From Octopus vulgaris (Eukaryota): a stretch of 64,000 bases of DNA. A model generated the notes under the pieces. That model ran no database searches. It was given only the letters and a program-made list of their open reading frames with translations, and was not told where the DNA came from. The stretch spans positions 55,242,001 through 55,306,000 of the forward strand of contig OX597818.1 of NCBI GenBank assembly GCA_951406725.2, in the 5' to 3' direction. Both the position numbers and the translations under genes were made by a program. Positions 1-18,817 of the stretch are shown in pieces. The first letter of the stretch is position 1; each line of letters starts with the position of its first letter.

Positions 1-869
1 GTTTTATGTTTAGTTATATATAACAGCAATTTAACATTAAACTGAACAAATACTCAATATTCATTAGAATTCATGTTTATGAAACTTATACAATAATATA
101 TAATAGGCAGTGACTTCGAGGTTTCAGCCTGCTATGGAAATTGTACACTTGCTCTGTGTGTTTGAGGTGTGTGCGCGTCTGTCTATTCTTTGCATGTCCA
201 CTTCACTCTTTCTTTCTTCCTCTCCTCACTGTTAAACTGTCTTTCTTTTCTCTAAAATGATAACTGGAAACCCGTTGTAGCAACCTGCAGAATGAACCGC
301 CATCGAAATAGTGATTGCATGTACATATGTTGGTCTGATTGTACGCTTGTAAGTATGTATGTTATATATGCATGTATGTAAGTGTGTGGGTGGAAATATA
401 GGAAAATATGCCACTTGATGCATGTGTGAACATCATACAACAACATAAGATGATATCATGTTTCACCAGACTCCACATTTCTCATAAAGCGAGAGCCTAA
501 ATTTATCATTGTCTAACAACATGAATCGAAAATGAAGAAGACTTTCAAAATGGCGAATTTTGTCGTCGTCGTAAATAGACATGCATTTATAGAAAAGGAT
601 AGTGTCAGGCACTTCGAAAGATATTCAACTGCCTCATATTATATATATATATATTATATTATATACACGGGTGGGTAAATAAACGAAGGGAAGAGGCATT
701 CAAGCCATTTAGTAAGAGTTACATGTATCATTGTTATTTGTAACAGTTTGATTCGACCCCCATGCAACTTAGTTTTGTAGACGTCGTACAGAAACGTAGC
801 TTGTCGGCTGCTTTAAGCCCGACTTGAGGCCGGATCAAACCGCTTTAAATAATAATAACAATAATAATA

Positions 870-900
<31 letters not shown>

Positions 901-1115
901 TCGCTGTGAAAACAACATCCATTCATGAATAAATTTATTCATTAATTTTTTTAAATACATAATTTACCTGTGAATTTGCGTGTGTAATCTGGGAATGCAT
1001 ACAATGAGCTTCTCTGCCCTAGGTGTATGGAAAACACTCGGCGAGAAACGGAAGAAAATTTGAAGAAAGAAGGAAAAGTAATAATAATCTATCTATCTTT
1101 CTATCTATCTATCTA

Positions 1116-1146
<31 letters not shown>

Positions 1147-1231
1147 ATCACACACACGTACACACATATGCATAGAGTGTTTGAAGTGGTCTACATATAT
1201 TGTATATTGAGAAAATGGAGGCAGTTTAAAC

Positions 1232-1470
1232 CAGTCATTCTCAACGGGGGTGCTGGTGACCCTTGGAGGTTGATATAAGATTTTTTTGTTAGAATTTATA
1301 TGCAATAAATTTATTATACTCCTACAACACACACAAAATATTTTAGCAATTTTTTATATTTAATATTTAATATTGATTTTTCAATCATCGAATGGCTATG
1401 AGAGTCCATCCAAGTAAAATAGGAACCAAAAGGAGTTCATAGGTAAAAAGGAAATGGTTGAGAAGTTCTG
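1232..1470. mobile_element. hAT (Charlie-like) MITE
   Basis: Ends CAGTCATTCTCAAC / GTTGAGAAGTTCTG; perfect 8-bp TSD GTTTAAAC at 1224-1231 and 1471-1478; related copies at 22495, 33742 and 49293. Confidence 0.85.
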
Positions 1471-1478
1471 GTTTAAAC

Positions 1479-1777
1479 CAGGCCTGGCCAACTTGAATTA
1501 CATTGCGTATAGTTTTTTGAGGGCCACTTGTCTACTAACAGAAATGAAAGCAATTTGCTTTCTCAGGCTTATCATTTATTACAATAATGAATGATCGTTG
1601 ATTCAACTTGAAATATTATCGTTACAAAAACAGTAGTATCTTTTTTTTTTTACTTTTCATTACAATCTTTAAATTTTGATGATATTTTTCAAATGTTTAT
1701 TTGAATAAACCCATTTCAAGAAAGTATTAAGTGGGCCGCAAGATAAAAGTCTGCGGGCCTCAGGTTGGCCAGCACTG
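1479..1777. mobile_element. Second hAT MITE abutting the first
   Basis: Ends CAGGCCTGGCCAAC / GTTGGCCAGCACTG with subterminal GCGGGCC/GGGCCGC motifs; flanks GTTTAAAC and TTTTAAAG (6/8 match). Confidence 0.75.
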
Positions 1778-1834
1778 TTTTAAAGGGACGAAAAAAAGCT
1801 GTAATAAAGAATTATCCAAAATTCTGACTGCTTC

Positions 1835-1914
<80 letters not shown>

Positions 1915-1915
1915 T

Positions 1916-2318
1916 GAGTAGGAGTGGCTGTGTGGTAAGTAGCTTGTTTACCAACGACATGGTTCCGGGTTCACTCCCACTGCGTGGCATCTTGGGCAAG
2001 TGTCTTCTGCTATAGCCTCGGGTGGACCAAAGCCTTCTGAGTGGATTTGGTAGACGGAAACTGAAAAGAAGGCCGTCGTATGTATGTATATATATGTGTG
2101 TGTGTTTGTGTGTCTGTGTTTGTCTCCTCCAACATCGCTTGACAACCGATGCTGGTGTGTTTACGTCCCCATAACATTAGCGGTTCGGCAAAAGATACCG
2201 ATAGAATAAGTACTAGGCTTACAAAGAATAAGTCCTGGGGTCGATTTGCTCGACTAAAGGCGGTGCTCCAGCATGGCCGCAGTCAAAATGACTGAAACAA
2301 GCAAAAGAGTAAAAGAGA
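1916..2318 (+). mobile_element. SINE family A (tRNA-derived, CORE-like domain, internal microsatellite), full length
   Basis: A-box-like TGGCTGTGTGG, B-box-like GGTTCACTCCC, CORE-like CTTGGGCAAGT, tail CCAGCATGGCCGCAGTC...TGACTGAAACAAG; many copies in the window. Confidence 0.9.
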
Positions 2319-2324
2319 GAGTAT

Positions 2325-2380
2325 ATGATACACACACACACACAAATGTGCATGCAGTGTTATGCATATGTATACATACA

Positions 2381-2412
<32 letters not shown>

Positions 2413-2700
2413 CATACACATACATACATACCTGCATACATGCACACATACATTACATACATGCACACATACATACATTACATACGTGCATACATACATA
2501 CACACATGCATACATACATACATACATACATACATGCACACATACATACATACATACATACGTACATACATACATACATGCACACATACATACATACATG
2601 CACACACACATACATACATACATACATGCACACATACATACATACATACATACATACATACATACATACATACATACATACGCGCGTGTGTGTGTGTGTT
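2325..2700. repeat. (TACA)n compound microsatellite
   Basis: Seen directly. Confidence 0.95.
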
Positions 2701-2977
2701 TTGCAAAAATAAAGGATAGCAAAAAAAAAAACGGTTTTTGTGTGAAAAGGCGTGTAATAACGAGGGGCAGAATATTAAAATCTATTGATTAATGGCAACG
2801 GCTGTTTTGATTAGTTTCAAATTTGCGTGATTTAATTAATAAATAAATACATCAAAGGAAATTTTAATAAAACTAAAAACAATCACAATAAAAAAACAAA
2901 AGAAATACAAACCTGTTTACATGTCTGAAATTTTCACGAAAGCTCAAATGCACACACATACATACACGTCTCACTCA

Positions 2978-3102
2978 CCGGGTCACACGTTCGCTTCCAC
3001 CGCGTGGCACCTTCGACGGGTATTTTCTATCAGCTTATAGCCTCGGGTGGACCAAAGCCTTTGTGGGTGGATTTGGTAGACGGAAACTAAAAGGAGCGCG
3101 TC

Positions 3103-3139
<37 letters not shown>

Positions 3140-3320
3140 ACCCCAGCACCGCTTGAGAGCCGGTGTTGCTTTGTTTACGTCCCTCTAACTTAGCGCTTCG
3201 GCAAGAAGTGACGATAGATTAAGTACCAAAGTTGAAATAAATAATTTTTCTTTTAAATTCCTCAAGGTGGTGCCCCAGCATGGCCGCAGTGTAATGATTC
3301 AAACAAGTAAAAGATAAGAT
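2978..3320 (+). mobile_element. SINE family A, diverged copy
   Basis: Collinear similarity to 1916-2318. Confidence 0.85.
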
Positions 3321-3834
3321 CAAAAATGTGTGTGTGTGTGTGTGTGTGTATAAGATATAAGTTTTTCGAAAACGTAATAGATCCTTTGAGTTATATGTTA
3401 ATCTGAGTTTATCCAGTGGGTATTTTAAAGTAGCAACGAATCATCGATAATCCGGAGGTCTTGAAATAATGCCAGAGTTCTTCTTAGGGAACAAACTTAC
3501 TTAAAATGTACACACACACACACACACACACACAACACATGTATACATATATCCATACATATTTCTTCGTTTGGTACTAGTTAAACAAAACTCAATTAAT
3601 TAAAGGCGGTGCTCCAGTATGGCCAAACGAATATATATTTTTATTGAATATATATATATATATTGAATATATGTAACTTTTATTGACAGAAAGTTACAAA
3701 AGTGACTCGGTGGCTGAGAGTTTCGTGCATAATATCATTGTACAGATGCCATGCGCAAAATTCTGTCGTTTATATGCTTCCATAACTTCCTATTACCGAA
3801 AAAAAAATGCACGCATTTATCAACGTGTGGTTAC

Positions 3835-8250
<4,416 letters not shown>

Positions 8251-8977
8251 ACACACGCTTGCACACTGACGCACGAGTCATCACGTCTAATATACACTGA
8301 CACGTGTATATTATGCATACCTGCGCACTTTATATATCATATACATCTGCGTTATACATACACGCACACACACATACACACACACACACTCACGCACGCA
8401 CATACGTATTGCTGTTCTCATTTAACCGCGTATCAATCCTCATCCTCTATCGCGAAATCAGCGATCTCCAGCCGTGACTATCCTGTCTGTTTCCGATAAC
8501 ACAGTCGAGCAATAATGAACATTCATCAAGTTGGTGAAAAAACCAACTTGATTGCAGGAAAAAAAAAATTGACTGCTATTTCTTGCATTTCAGCCTACTA
8601 CGTAGCAGAGCCTCCCTTGTTAGCCTCGATATATAAACATCATATATATATATATATATATATATATGCGTATTATATATATATATATTTGTATTTTGCG
8701 CGTTTTATAATATTTAATTATGGCCATGTACGCACTTCGCTTTCAAAATTTTGCTCGCAACCGCGAAATATACTTAAATCAAGATATATGTGTATATATA
8801 TATATATATATACACATACACATCTATATAATGTATATACGCATTTTGTGTGTTTAGCAGTGTGTACGTTTTGAAATTGTGTGTACGTTTTGAAATTGTG
8901 TGTCTGTATCGGACATAACTCTGTGTGTGTGTGTGTCTGTGTGTCTGTGAAATGTTTCTCGTCTCATTCACAAAAGT

Positions 8978-9065
8978 TGGGCGGAGTTTAAAAACTACCT
9001 CTACCACCACCACCACCACTACTACTGTGGCTAAGATACTACAACCACCACCAATTTTATATACA

Positions 9066-9105
<40 letters not shown>

Positions 9106-9411
9106 ACAATACTATTCCATATAATGTAACACACATCTTACACACACACATATACATACTCACACACACACTCTCTTATATACTCGCTCAGTTTCGTACA
9201 TAAATACATACACACACACTTTTTTTTTCTAGTAAAGCTTTCATCGTTTTTCTTCCTGGTTTGTTTTATTGCTTTCGTTGTTGTTATTGTTGTTGTTGCT
9301 GCTGTGGTTGTTGTTGTTTTAATGGTTCTCGACTCTACTCTATATAGTCAATCAATGGGAGAACGAACGGCCCTAAGAACGGGAAGAGGAGGGCGTGTCG
9401 CTTAGCCCTGC

Positions 9412-9445
<34 letters not shown>

Positions 9446-10160
9446 ATACTCACTTAGGAGAGAGAAACAGAGAAAGAGAGAGAGAGAGAGGGGGTGGGTG
9501 GGAGGCCCTCTTTTAATCCTAGACGCACACATACACACATATATATATATATATATAAATAAGCACACACACACACATATGCATACATATATATATATAT
9601 GAATAAAACACACACATAAATTATGTTAATACGCTGCTCAATGCGCATACATTTTCGTTGTATATCGTTGCACTAAGATTGGTAAGTCGGGTTTTTCTCT
9701 GCCTGAGAATGTGGGCGTGGCTTAAACCTGCCGAGCGCAGAGCTTTCTCCTCTCTTCCTTAAACCGTGCGTTTGTTTGTCCCAGCTTACACACATACACA
9801 CACACACATATACACACATATATAAACACACACAGACACAAACATATATTATGGCCTCCATTCATGCTTCTGGCACACACCACCACCACCACCACCACAT
9901 ATACACACATACATAGTTCTAGATACACGTATATGCATACATACATATATATATACACACTACATTTACGTGCGTTCACCGTATCGCTTTCGTCTCTCCT
10001 TTCTTTTTCCTACTCCCACTCTCCCTTTTGTATTTTTGCGTTCTCTCCTCCTCCTCCTTCTCCCACCTCCTTCACCAAAAAACCCTCCTCTCACCTCACT
10101 CCCTCTCTTACGTTTTCTCCCTCCCCCTCCCGTCGCATCTACTTTACACACTCCGCCTCC
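8978..10160 (+). promoter_or_regulatory. Putative Pol II promoter region
   Basis: GC boxes TGGGCGGAGT (8978), GGGCGTGTC (9391) and TGGGCGTGGCT (9712); inverted CCAAT (9678); C/T-rich tract at about 9990-10160; CpG retained; no recognisable transposons; upstream of the putative first exon. Confidence 0.5.
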
Positions 10161-11633
10161 TCCTCCTCCAATTCTTCACTCACAGAAGCTTATATGTATG
10201 TGTATATGTATGTATATATACTACGTAGATTGTATATGCGTGTCTATATATGTTAGTGTATGCGTGTGCTTTATGTACGCATGCATGTATGTATAGCTGT
10301 GTTTATAGAAAGTGTATTATGATTGGAGTATATTTTTTTTTTGCCGTCCAAGCCCGAGGTACGACATCATTACTACACACAGATAGATTTTCTATCGCTC
10401 AGCGAGGGTGGAGTGTGAGCGAGTCTTGGCCCCGTGGTTGGAAATTACAACAAACCCGCTCGATAGATTGTTTTTTATATTACTAAATGGTGAATTCCCA
10501 GTTGGTGCCAAGGTTTTTTCTCTCCACCGTCCGTCACCGGCGGAGATGGACGACCACAAATAGCGATTTATTTTTCTCTTTGGCCAAAAAACAACATCGT
10601 AAAAATATAATAATAAGTCGTCCTACAACAACAAACTTCGTTTGAGAAAGAAAATCACGAGAAAAACGCAAATACCTACTGAAATCTCAAGGAAAAAAAA
10701 ATATTATATATATACATGTATACACACAGATGAAAACACACTGGCCTTGGGGGCACGGATAACCAAAAAAAAAGAGAAACTAATTGCGCGCGCGCGCGTG
10801 TGTGCTAGTGCGTATATATGAGTGTGTGAATGTATGTATATATGAATGTATAAAAAAACATAACGTGCTCAAGATAATATAATATATTATATATCAGTTT
10901 TGATATATTACCGTATTTTTCAAGTTGCAAATTTAATGGATATTGTATATATTATATATATTATATATATATAACAACTACCTGGTTTTTTAATTGCCTT
11001 TATTTTATTTACTACCTGTGGCATTCGACGAGGAAGATTTTTTTTAAAAAGAAAACAAGGAATATTTGATAATTTTCACGCCTGAATGAAGAAAATATAT
11101 ACACTCGACAGCTACGACGACCGGGAGAAATAGATTTATTTACAAAAAAAAAATGTTTGTATTCCATTACAAATAACCACAACAATTCATTTTCGTTTCT
11201 TTCGCATTTGAGAAAAAAAATATATATATATATTTACGTATAATATCAATATATTTTTTTATACAGACCGAGGAAAAAATATCTAGAGAAAAAAAAATAT
11301 TTATCTTAAATATTTTTTAAAAGAAAAATTGTTTCAAAAGTTCGTTTTTTTTTGTCGTTTGTTTGTTTCCATACTTTTTGTTTACACACAAGGATATATA
11401 TATATTATATATATATATATTATATAGCTGGTCACTGGTGTATATATATATATATATATATATGTAAATGTGTATTTTAGATATTTATTAAAATATACAC
11501 ACGTATTTTACACATACTCATTCACATATATACATTTTTATATTTATTTATATATATGCATATAAATTACATCGCAAACATCATTACATTCATATTATAC
11601 ACACGGTGTGTGTAAGGGGTGCTGATAGCGCGC

Positions 11634-11681
<48 letters not shown>

Positions 11682-11838
11682 CACTTCACCGGAAGCGGAT
11701 TTCATGGTATAACTTACAACAGCTAGAAGGATAACATTTTAAAACAACAGAAAAAATATTTTAAAATATAAATAACCCGATATCTATCTATATTTAATAG
11801 ATAGATATAATTCCTATTAAAAAAAAAAAATTAAAACT

Positions 11839-11998
11839 ATGCTTACTTCTGGATCGCCCTCACCTGTCCGGATTTGTAATGGTGTTGCTACGGGTGTGGC
11901 GGGGAATAATTCCCCTGCCAGACAAATGCGCACAGGAGGATACCATTCTCAATTCTGGACTGTTCACAGCCGATCAAATCCTCAAAACTTACGGATAG
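11839..11998 (+). CDS. Putative first coding exon of an unidentified gene (MLTSGSPSPVRICNGVATGVAGNNSPARQMRTGGYHSQFWTVHSRSNPQNLRI), phase-1 intron follows
   Basis: A-rich Kozak-like context AAAACTATG; abrupt rise in GC and complexity; strong donor AG|GTAAGC; T-rich intron start; no SINEs across about 8.3-12.4 kb. No domain recognised. Confidence 0.65.
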
Positions 11999-12770
11999 GT
12001 AAGCAGCTTGTCTTTGCTTTTTTTATTTTCGTTTTTACTGGTTTATCTTTTTCGTAAACAACATTGTTTTTCTCTCATGCTTTTTCGTACCTTCTTTTCA
12101 TTTCATATCACTTCTAATCTGTGTCCTCACCTCGTTGTCTATCTATCTGTCTATCTTATCCATGTCTTTACAAATCAGCTGTAATTTACAAGAGTACCAG
12201 TGTACGAAACTTTCGGTCTTTGAGTCATTGAAACTTTTACCGATGTCCTTGTATTGAGTTCTGTTTGCTTGTTTGTGTCACGAAACCTATCGACTCTGTG
12301 TATCTATTTACCTATTTACCTCTCTATCAATCTATATCTACCTGTCTACTTACCTACCAATCTATCTTTCTTACATATCCGTCTATCTATCTCTATTCTC
12401 TTCATCTTGCAATCTCTTACAAATATCTTCCCTCAAACACAATTCCACGTATTACTATAAATTCCTAATCATTGTTATTCTCACCATTGGGTTAGGCATT
12501 AAAGTCTCTTCAGTCGCAGCCAGAGAATTCTGGCCGCACTGGAGCACCGCCATAATTGTTGTTAATCATTTCTCATGTGTAGTTAGTTAATCCTCAATAA
12601 TTTTTGAAGAAACTTATAATGATATATTTTTTCTACCTCATTTACTTACTGTTTAATTATTAACTAACTTTTAAAGCTGCACTATTTGTGCAAAAATGCA
12701 CATATGCATCTAGATAGGTAAATGCATACACAAACTTAACACACAGAAACACATATATATATATATATAT

Positions 12771-12920
12771 CAACAAGGATATCCAAGGTAGTGTAGTACA
12801 GTTGTTTCATGCTACTTGTATTACACACTACTTGGATATCCTTGTTGCTTATTTTGATTATAATCACCCCATTTGATTTATATGGATAATAACCATACAA
12901 AATTATGTTGCCTTTAACTT
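12771..12920. mobile_element. Penelope-like pLTR remnant with inverted repeat, inside (TA)n
   Basis: Inverted repeat 12771-12794 / 12825-12847; minus strand has a hammerhead 3' half GAAAcaactGTA; (TA)n on both sides. Confidence 0.5.
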
Positions 12921-12936
12921 AAGTACCATATTCATC

Positions 12937-13005
<69 letters not shown>

Positions 13006-14701
13006 GTATATATATAATTTTAGGGGTTTATTTCTTTCATTTACATACTACACAGACTGAACGGTCGTTGCCCATAGCTTTTTTTGTAAAGCCTTTTAAG
13101 ACAGGTTGCAGTCACTCTGGTAGCTCTAACTAGAGGACGTCTCTTGTAGATTTGATGTTTACCTGTTGGTAAAGTTTTGCTTATGATGACCGAGTTTTAG
13201 GAGAGGTGTCTTTCGAAGTCCCATACTTGATTAAGGTGAAAAAATAGTGTTTTCCCTTCATTTTTAAAACATTTCTGTTTCATACAACGGGAAATTATGA
13301 CTCTGAAAAATTTCATTTTTGCCTTCATGTCCCTTTTCCACAAGATAATGGGACTTGCAGGACCTTGCAGAGCCTTTTAGGAGCTTAGAGAGACATCTAT
13401 TTTGAAAACTCTTGTCATACAGTTTATATTAAGATATAGTAAATATGACCTAGTATAAAGATTTTGGATATTGCTTGCTTTTATTTACATAACAATGTAA
13501 AGAAAGAAAGGCAGTTGGCCATAGAGAGCTTTTGTTAGACTTGGGACAAGTTGTGGTCGAATGTTGGTTTGATATTTATAGGGATTGTTTTGGTTATGGT
13601 GAGAGACATTCGGAGGGATGCTGTCCATAGAAATTACACAGGGATTTTGTATTCTAAGGGCGAGATTCTATCCTTTTGTTGTTACTCCGCGTTTTCTATA
13701 AACACTAAGTTTTGTAGGAACAGACATTCTAAATTGAACAACTAAACTTGTGTATACATGCGTGTTGGGTGTACAAAATGCAAGAAAATGCACGCATGTA
13801 ATACGTTTATAAAATGCATCATAATATAATGCAGAGCTTATATAATAATATTTAAATGTGTGTATGTATGTGTGCGTTTTGTAACTGAAAATAGATAACG
13901 TAGACCGAGAAAAAATCATGTTCACAAAAGTTTTCAATAAACACTTTAATGAACTCCTCACGCAGATTGTGTACGTTGTACTTATAATACATCGACCTAT
14001 TGTTTGAAACCTGCGGTCATCCCCAATAGTAGTAGTTGTAGTAGTAGTAGAAAATAATAATAATAATGATAATAATAATAGCAGTCGCAATAATGATAAA
14101 TCAACTTGTTGAGTGAAACCTACGGTCAAGACATCTGTTCCTCTCACCTAATTTAGTTTTCTCTGACTCTAACAATATAACATATAAATATATATATATC
14201 TTCTGATTGTTTTTACCTTGTTTTTAATCAAATCAGTCTCTAGTCACACTTTATAACATTGACCTGTCGTTTATCTATATATTAAATACTCGTCTTATTT
14301 GGGTTTCCCATTGTTAGGTTTATAAAAGAAAAACCGTTCTATCAATCCGATTTTGTCGTCTGTCTGACATTATTTTTATATATTCTAAGTTCGTTTTTCT
14401 TTTTCTTCTTTTAATAACTGTTCAAAAATGTTTTTTTTTTTGTTGATATATGTATCGTAAGTTTAGAAAGATAAATCTTATATTCATTTTCCTAAACATT
14501 TCTAGTTATTGAGATTCAATTATTTGTCAGCAAACGAACAATTTCTGCCTAGAACCATTTTACTAGTTAAGGACATTTTTCTGGTTCAATGAAAAACTAC
14601 GTTTGACTTGCTTCCATCAGAGACCAAATTTGTTTACGGTCTTTCTTTCTTACACCCTCTCTTTAATGTTGTTGCTATTGTTAATATTCTTCAGTCTTCA
14701 G

Positions 14702-15878
14702 TTTACCTTTGAGCATTTACATATATCCTCAAAGACGTCTCAGCCATGGCCATTCCGTTGTTTATTTTCTATAGATTGTGTATCTGGGACTAGAACATGA
14801 AATGTATCTTTTCATTTGTACAAGATGGAACTATGCGATTTGAGAAAGAATTTGGCTTCAGTTTTGTTAGCAGATTAAGTGGTCATACAAATACAAAAGC
14901 TTGGCTTCCAAAGTCTCTCTTAAAAGTTTCATACAAAAATTAATAATAGTATTAATTGCAGTGCTGGAATTTTAAAATGTATAATTAATTAAACTGAAAT
15001 TATAATTAGTTTGAAAAAAGAAAAGCTCGTAAAAAGAATCTAAAGACTTATCAGAAATCGTTGAAAAGGAAAAAATTGACCAGTCTTTAGAAAATTAACG
15101 AAATTATTAAAAAATGAAAAAAAATTGAAGACTGCACGATGCCAAAATATGGAATATTGGTTAATGCTCTTCGTCTTTGGTAGAATTAATTGTAAAACTT
15201 CACAGCAAATAGATCTAAAGAGATGTATGAACAAAAACAAAAGAAGAAACCGGAATAAAACAACGAACTGGAATTATTGTTGACTAATACACACACACAC
15301 ACACACACACGTACACACGCACACGCACGGGCGCGCGCTCCAAAAGACTGTTTGATCTAACCGAATAAGAAAAACTGTTTGATGTAAACCGTCTAAGAAA
15401 TTCAGCAGATGTTGATACGTTCAAATATGTTCCCATTTAGGGATTTAGGCAGCCCTTAATTTCTAACCACCCTTGCCCTGTCGCAACTCAACCATTCACG
15501 CCGCTCTTTATGTTAACCAAAATTTTTGATTCCATGAGTCGCAATCAAGTTGATGATGGCTAAAATTCCAGCCAGTTTCATTAACTACCATTCATCTGTT
15601 CCCCATAAAGTTGGCTTACCGCTCTTCAGGTTTTCGGATTGATTCAAAGATCAAAGACTAACATTTTGGGGCATATGTGTATATATATATATATATACGC
15701 ATACACACACACAAACACACGTACATACATGTGTGTGTGTGTATGAGTAATTATTCTATTGAAGATGAAAAGATACATTTCATGTTCTAGTCCCAGATAC
15801 ACAATCTATAGAAAATAAACAACGGAATGGCCACGACTGAGACGTCTTTGAGGATATATGTAAATACTCAAAGGTAAA
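14702..15878. repeat. 114-bp inverted duplication (14702-14815 vs 15765-15878)
   Basis: Reverse-complement match with 3 mismatches. Confidence 0.9.
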
Positions 15879-15879
15879 A

Positions 15880-16050
15880 AATTTCACTGGTTTGCACTCA
15901 GAGTTTCGCATAGCCGTCCACCAGACAGTCGTGGAACACTGAATAACAGTTTGTAAAGGTTTTTTTGTCCCACTTCAATAAGATATTTTATTTTACCTTT
16001 GGTATTCGAGTACTCTTTTCTCCACCTTGTTTAAGCACCTATGTTTTCAC
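15880..16050. mobile_element. Decayed copy of the 29.4-kb Penelope-like/hammerhead element
   Basis: Shares ACTC.GAGTTTC and GGTATT.GAGTACTCTTTT.TCCACCTTGTTT with 29390-29525. Confidence 0.6.
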
Positions 16051-16083
16051 AAATTTGCATTCATCCATCAATCCAACATCTAT

Positions 16084-16153
<70 letters not shown>

Positions 16154-16214
16154 CTATATATGTATATATATACATATAGATATATGGATATATATATATA
16201 TATATCCATATATC

Positions 16215-16247
<33 letters not shown>

Positions 16248-17104
16248 CCATATATCTATATGTATATATATATATATCCATATATCTATATGTATATATA
16301 TATCCATATATATATATATATATATATATATATCCATATATCTATATGTATATATATATATCCATATATCTATATGTATATATATATATATATATATCCA
16401 TATATCTATATGTATATATATACATATATAGCTAAGTGTTTCATGGATAAGATTAGGCTAATTCCATTTAGGAATATAACAAATCTGTTTATTTTTTTGT
16501 AAAACAAAGAATAAAAATAATAAAACCCTCAAAGAATTCCAAAATCAATCGCAGTCGATAGTTCATCAATAGGATTGTTTTGTTAAAGTGGTTTCACTCA
16601 AAGAAATTCTAAAGCTCTGCAATATAAGATGGTTTTTTTTAAATAAAATTTTATTTTATTTAAAAAAGACAATTTTCAAAATAATTTTTGATTATTAAAT
16701 GAAATAATTCTTTCTTTGAATATTGGTTCTCGAGGAACACCACATAGCTATGTGAATATTGGGTTTAAAAGCTCAGTTTTACGTGATGTACTTCGAGAGC
16801 CAATATTCCAAAAGAGATTTATTTCGCTTTCTCTCGAAAGCTTAGAAATTCTTAGGATGTCATAATGTTTTGTCTCTTATATACGTAAATGCTTTCTCAA
16901 AAATGTTGATTCTTGTAACGTTTTATTAAAATTAAGATGGAAGCAGTTTGTAAAGTGTAGATAGTTCTTTGGAAAACAATATACGATTGGTTCTGTAATT
17001 TTGGGGGAAATTGCATTAGAATTTTAAAATTTTTGGAGAAAAATGTAAGAATTTAGCAACAAAATAAATTTTGGAACCAGTGGCCCCTAATGAGCCCATA
17101 ATAA

Positions 17105-17330
17105 TAATGATTTCTGATTTACATACAGGACCAGGGGTTTTAAGGGAAAGAGTAAGTCGATACCATTGCCACCTGTATCTAAATGGTACTTATTTTATCA
17201 ACCCGGGAGGAATGAAAGGCAAAGTTGACTCCGGTAGAATTTGAAATCGGAACGTAGAGTTGGGAGAAATACTGTAAGGTATTTTATTATGTCGGGCTCT
17301 ACTAACTATTCTGTCAGTTCACCGCCCTTA
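17105..17330 (-). mobile_element. SINE family B, diverged
   Basis: GAATGAAAGGCAAAGTTGAC...GAATTTGAA matches the family B core. Confidence 0.8.
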
Positions 17331-18128
17331 ATAGCTTGTATTGAAATTGTTATCGGTTGTTACAACTTTATGTCATTGCCCCGATCGAGTAGAATAAACG
17401 AATGACTGTTCCCAACCACTGAACACGATCGACATTCTCTTCCATATATAGTCTCCTTGCTTTGGTACTGCGGTTGTACACCGCCGCCAGGGGTTCTCTC
17501 TAATCTAGTCCCTTCATGACATCTGCTCTACCTTCGTCTTTGACCCTGAAATGCGGGCAACGAAAGAGGTTTTTGAGCCTTGCTTAATAATATATTAACG
17601 TGGCCTAAATTTTATAAACTCTGACACGTTTGTTATGAAAAACGTTTCGAGCATGTCCATTATTTCAATGTTTCGTTTTCAAAATACAAAAGAGGCGGAA
17701 TAGTGTGATTGTGATTTGAGGAAGATCTTAGCTAATATTTCTAGCGGGTCGTCTAGCAGCTCCTTTCATTCGACTTCACGTTTACAAGAAGCACGAAAGA
17801 CGCCATGATGTTGAACCTAACTTCGTAAACACAGAGAGAATACGAAGCCTTACCAATCGTTTAAGCTAAACTCTATAGTTCAGAGCAGTTTCACCATGTC
17901 GTTCGTTAAAAGCCTAGGTCATCCAATTAACTAACAATTAATTATTTGTATCCTTGGTTAAGCTTTTAATGTTTTAATATGTTATATGGTCACGTGTTTA
18001 AGTGGCGACTTTTTTTTTTACGATAAATCTTTTTACAATCAGACAAGTTCTACAAGGATCTTTTGAAATGTAACTCCGTTGCACCTCGTGTCATTTATCT
18101 CTAAGTAGCCCCCAGTTAGTTATTAGTC

Positions 18129-18162
<34 letters not shown>

Positions 18163-18463
18163 AATAGAAGGGGGATGGTTTACACATACACACACACATA
18201 AACAAACATGTTTTTTGAGTGTTTATCAAGTTGTATAAACATGTCCGACGTGTATATTTTATATAAAGCACGTTTTGAGTTCGCTAAGATTTGCGTTTGC
18301 GTTAAAAACTGATTTCGAAATTCAAAATAAACGCTTCCAGTAGAATCGACTCAAATATATACACTTTGCAAACGTGTACATGTATGTATACATTTATAAC
18401 ATATACACATGCATATATACATAGGCATATATATATATATATATAGGCATATATATGTATATA

Positions 18464-18501
<38 letters not shown>

Positions 18502-18591
18502 GGCATATATATGTATATATATATATACAGCACATGTATGTATATGTGTGTATCTATATATAATATATATTGTATGTGCGTCCTTTCGTTA

Positions 18592-18625
<34 letters not shown>

Positions 18626-18817
18626 TATATACTCTAATAGAAGTCAATCTAGTGTAAAAAATGGTTGACCCCTTTTCTGGTACTGAAACCCTGGAATTCT
18701 CTCTCTCTCCCTATAATATCTCATCTCTGTATCTCTGTCACTCGTGTAAAAAAAAAAAAAAAAATCGACCGTAGTTTTTTCTTTTTTCTTTTTTTTTTTC
18801 GAAAGCAAACAATAGAT

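Noticed and set aside
11839-11998. Assigning the exon to neuralized from a remembered PQNL-like motif
   Set aside because: Only a few residues match, from memory; not enough for a gene symbol.
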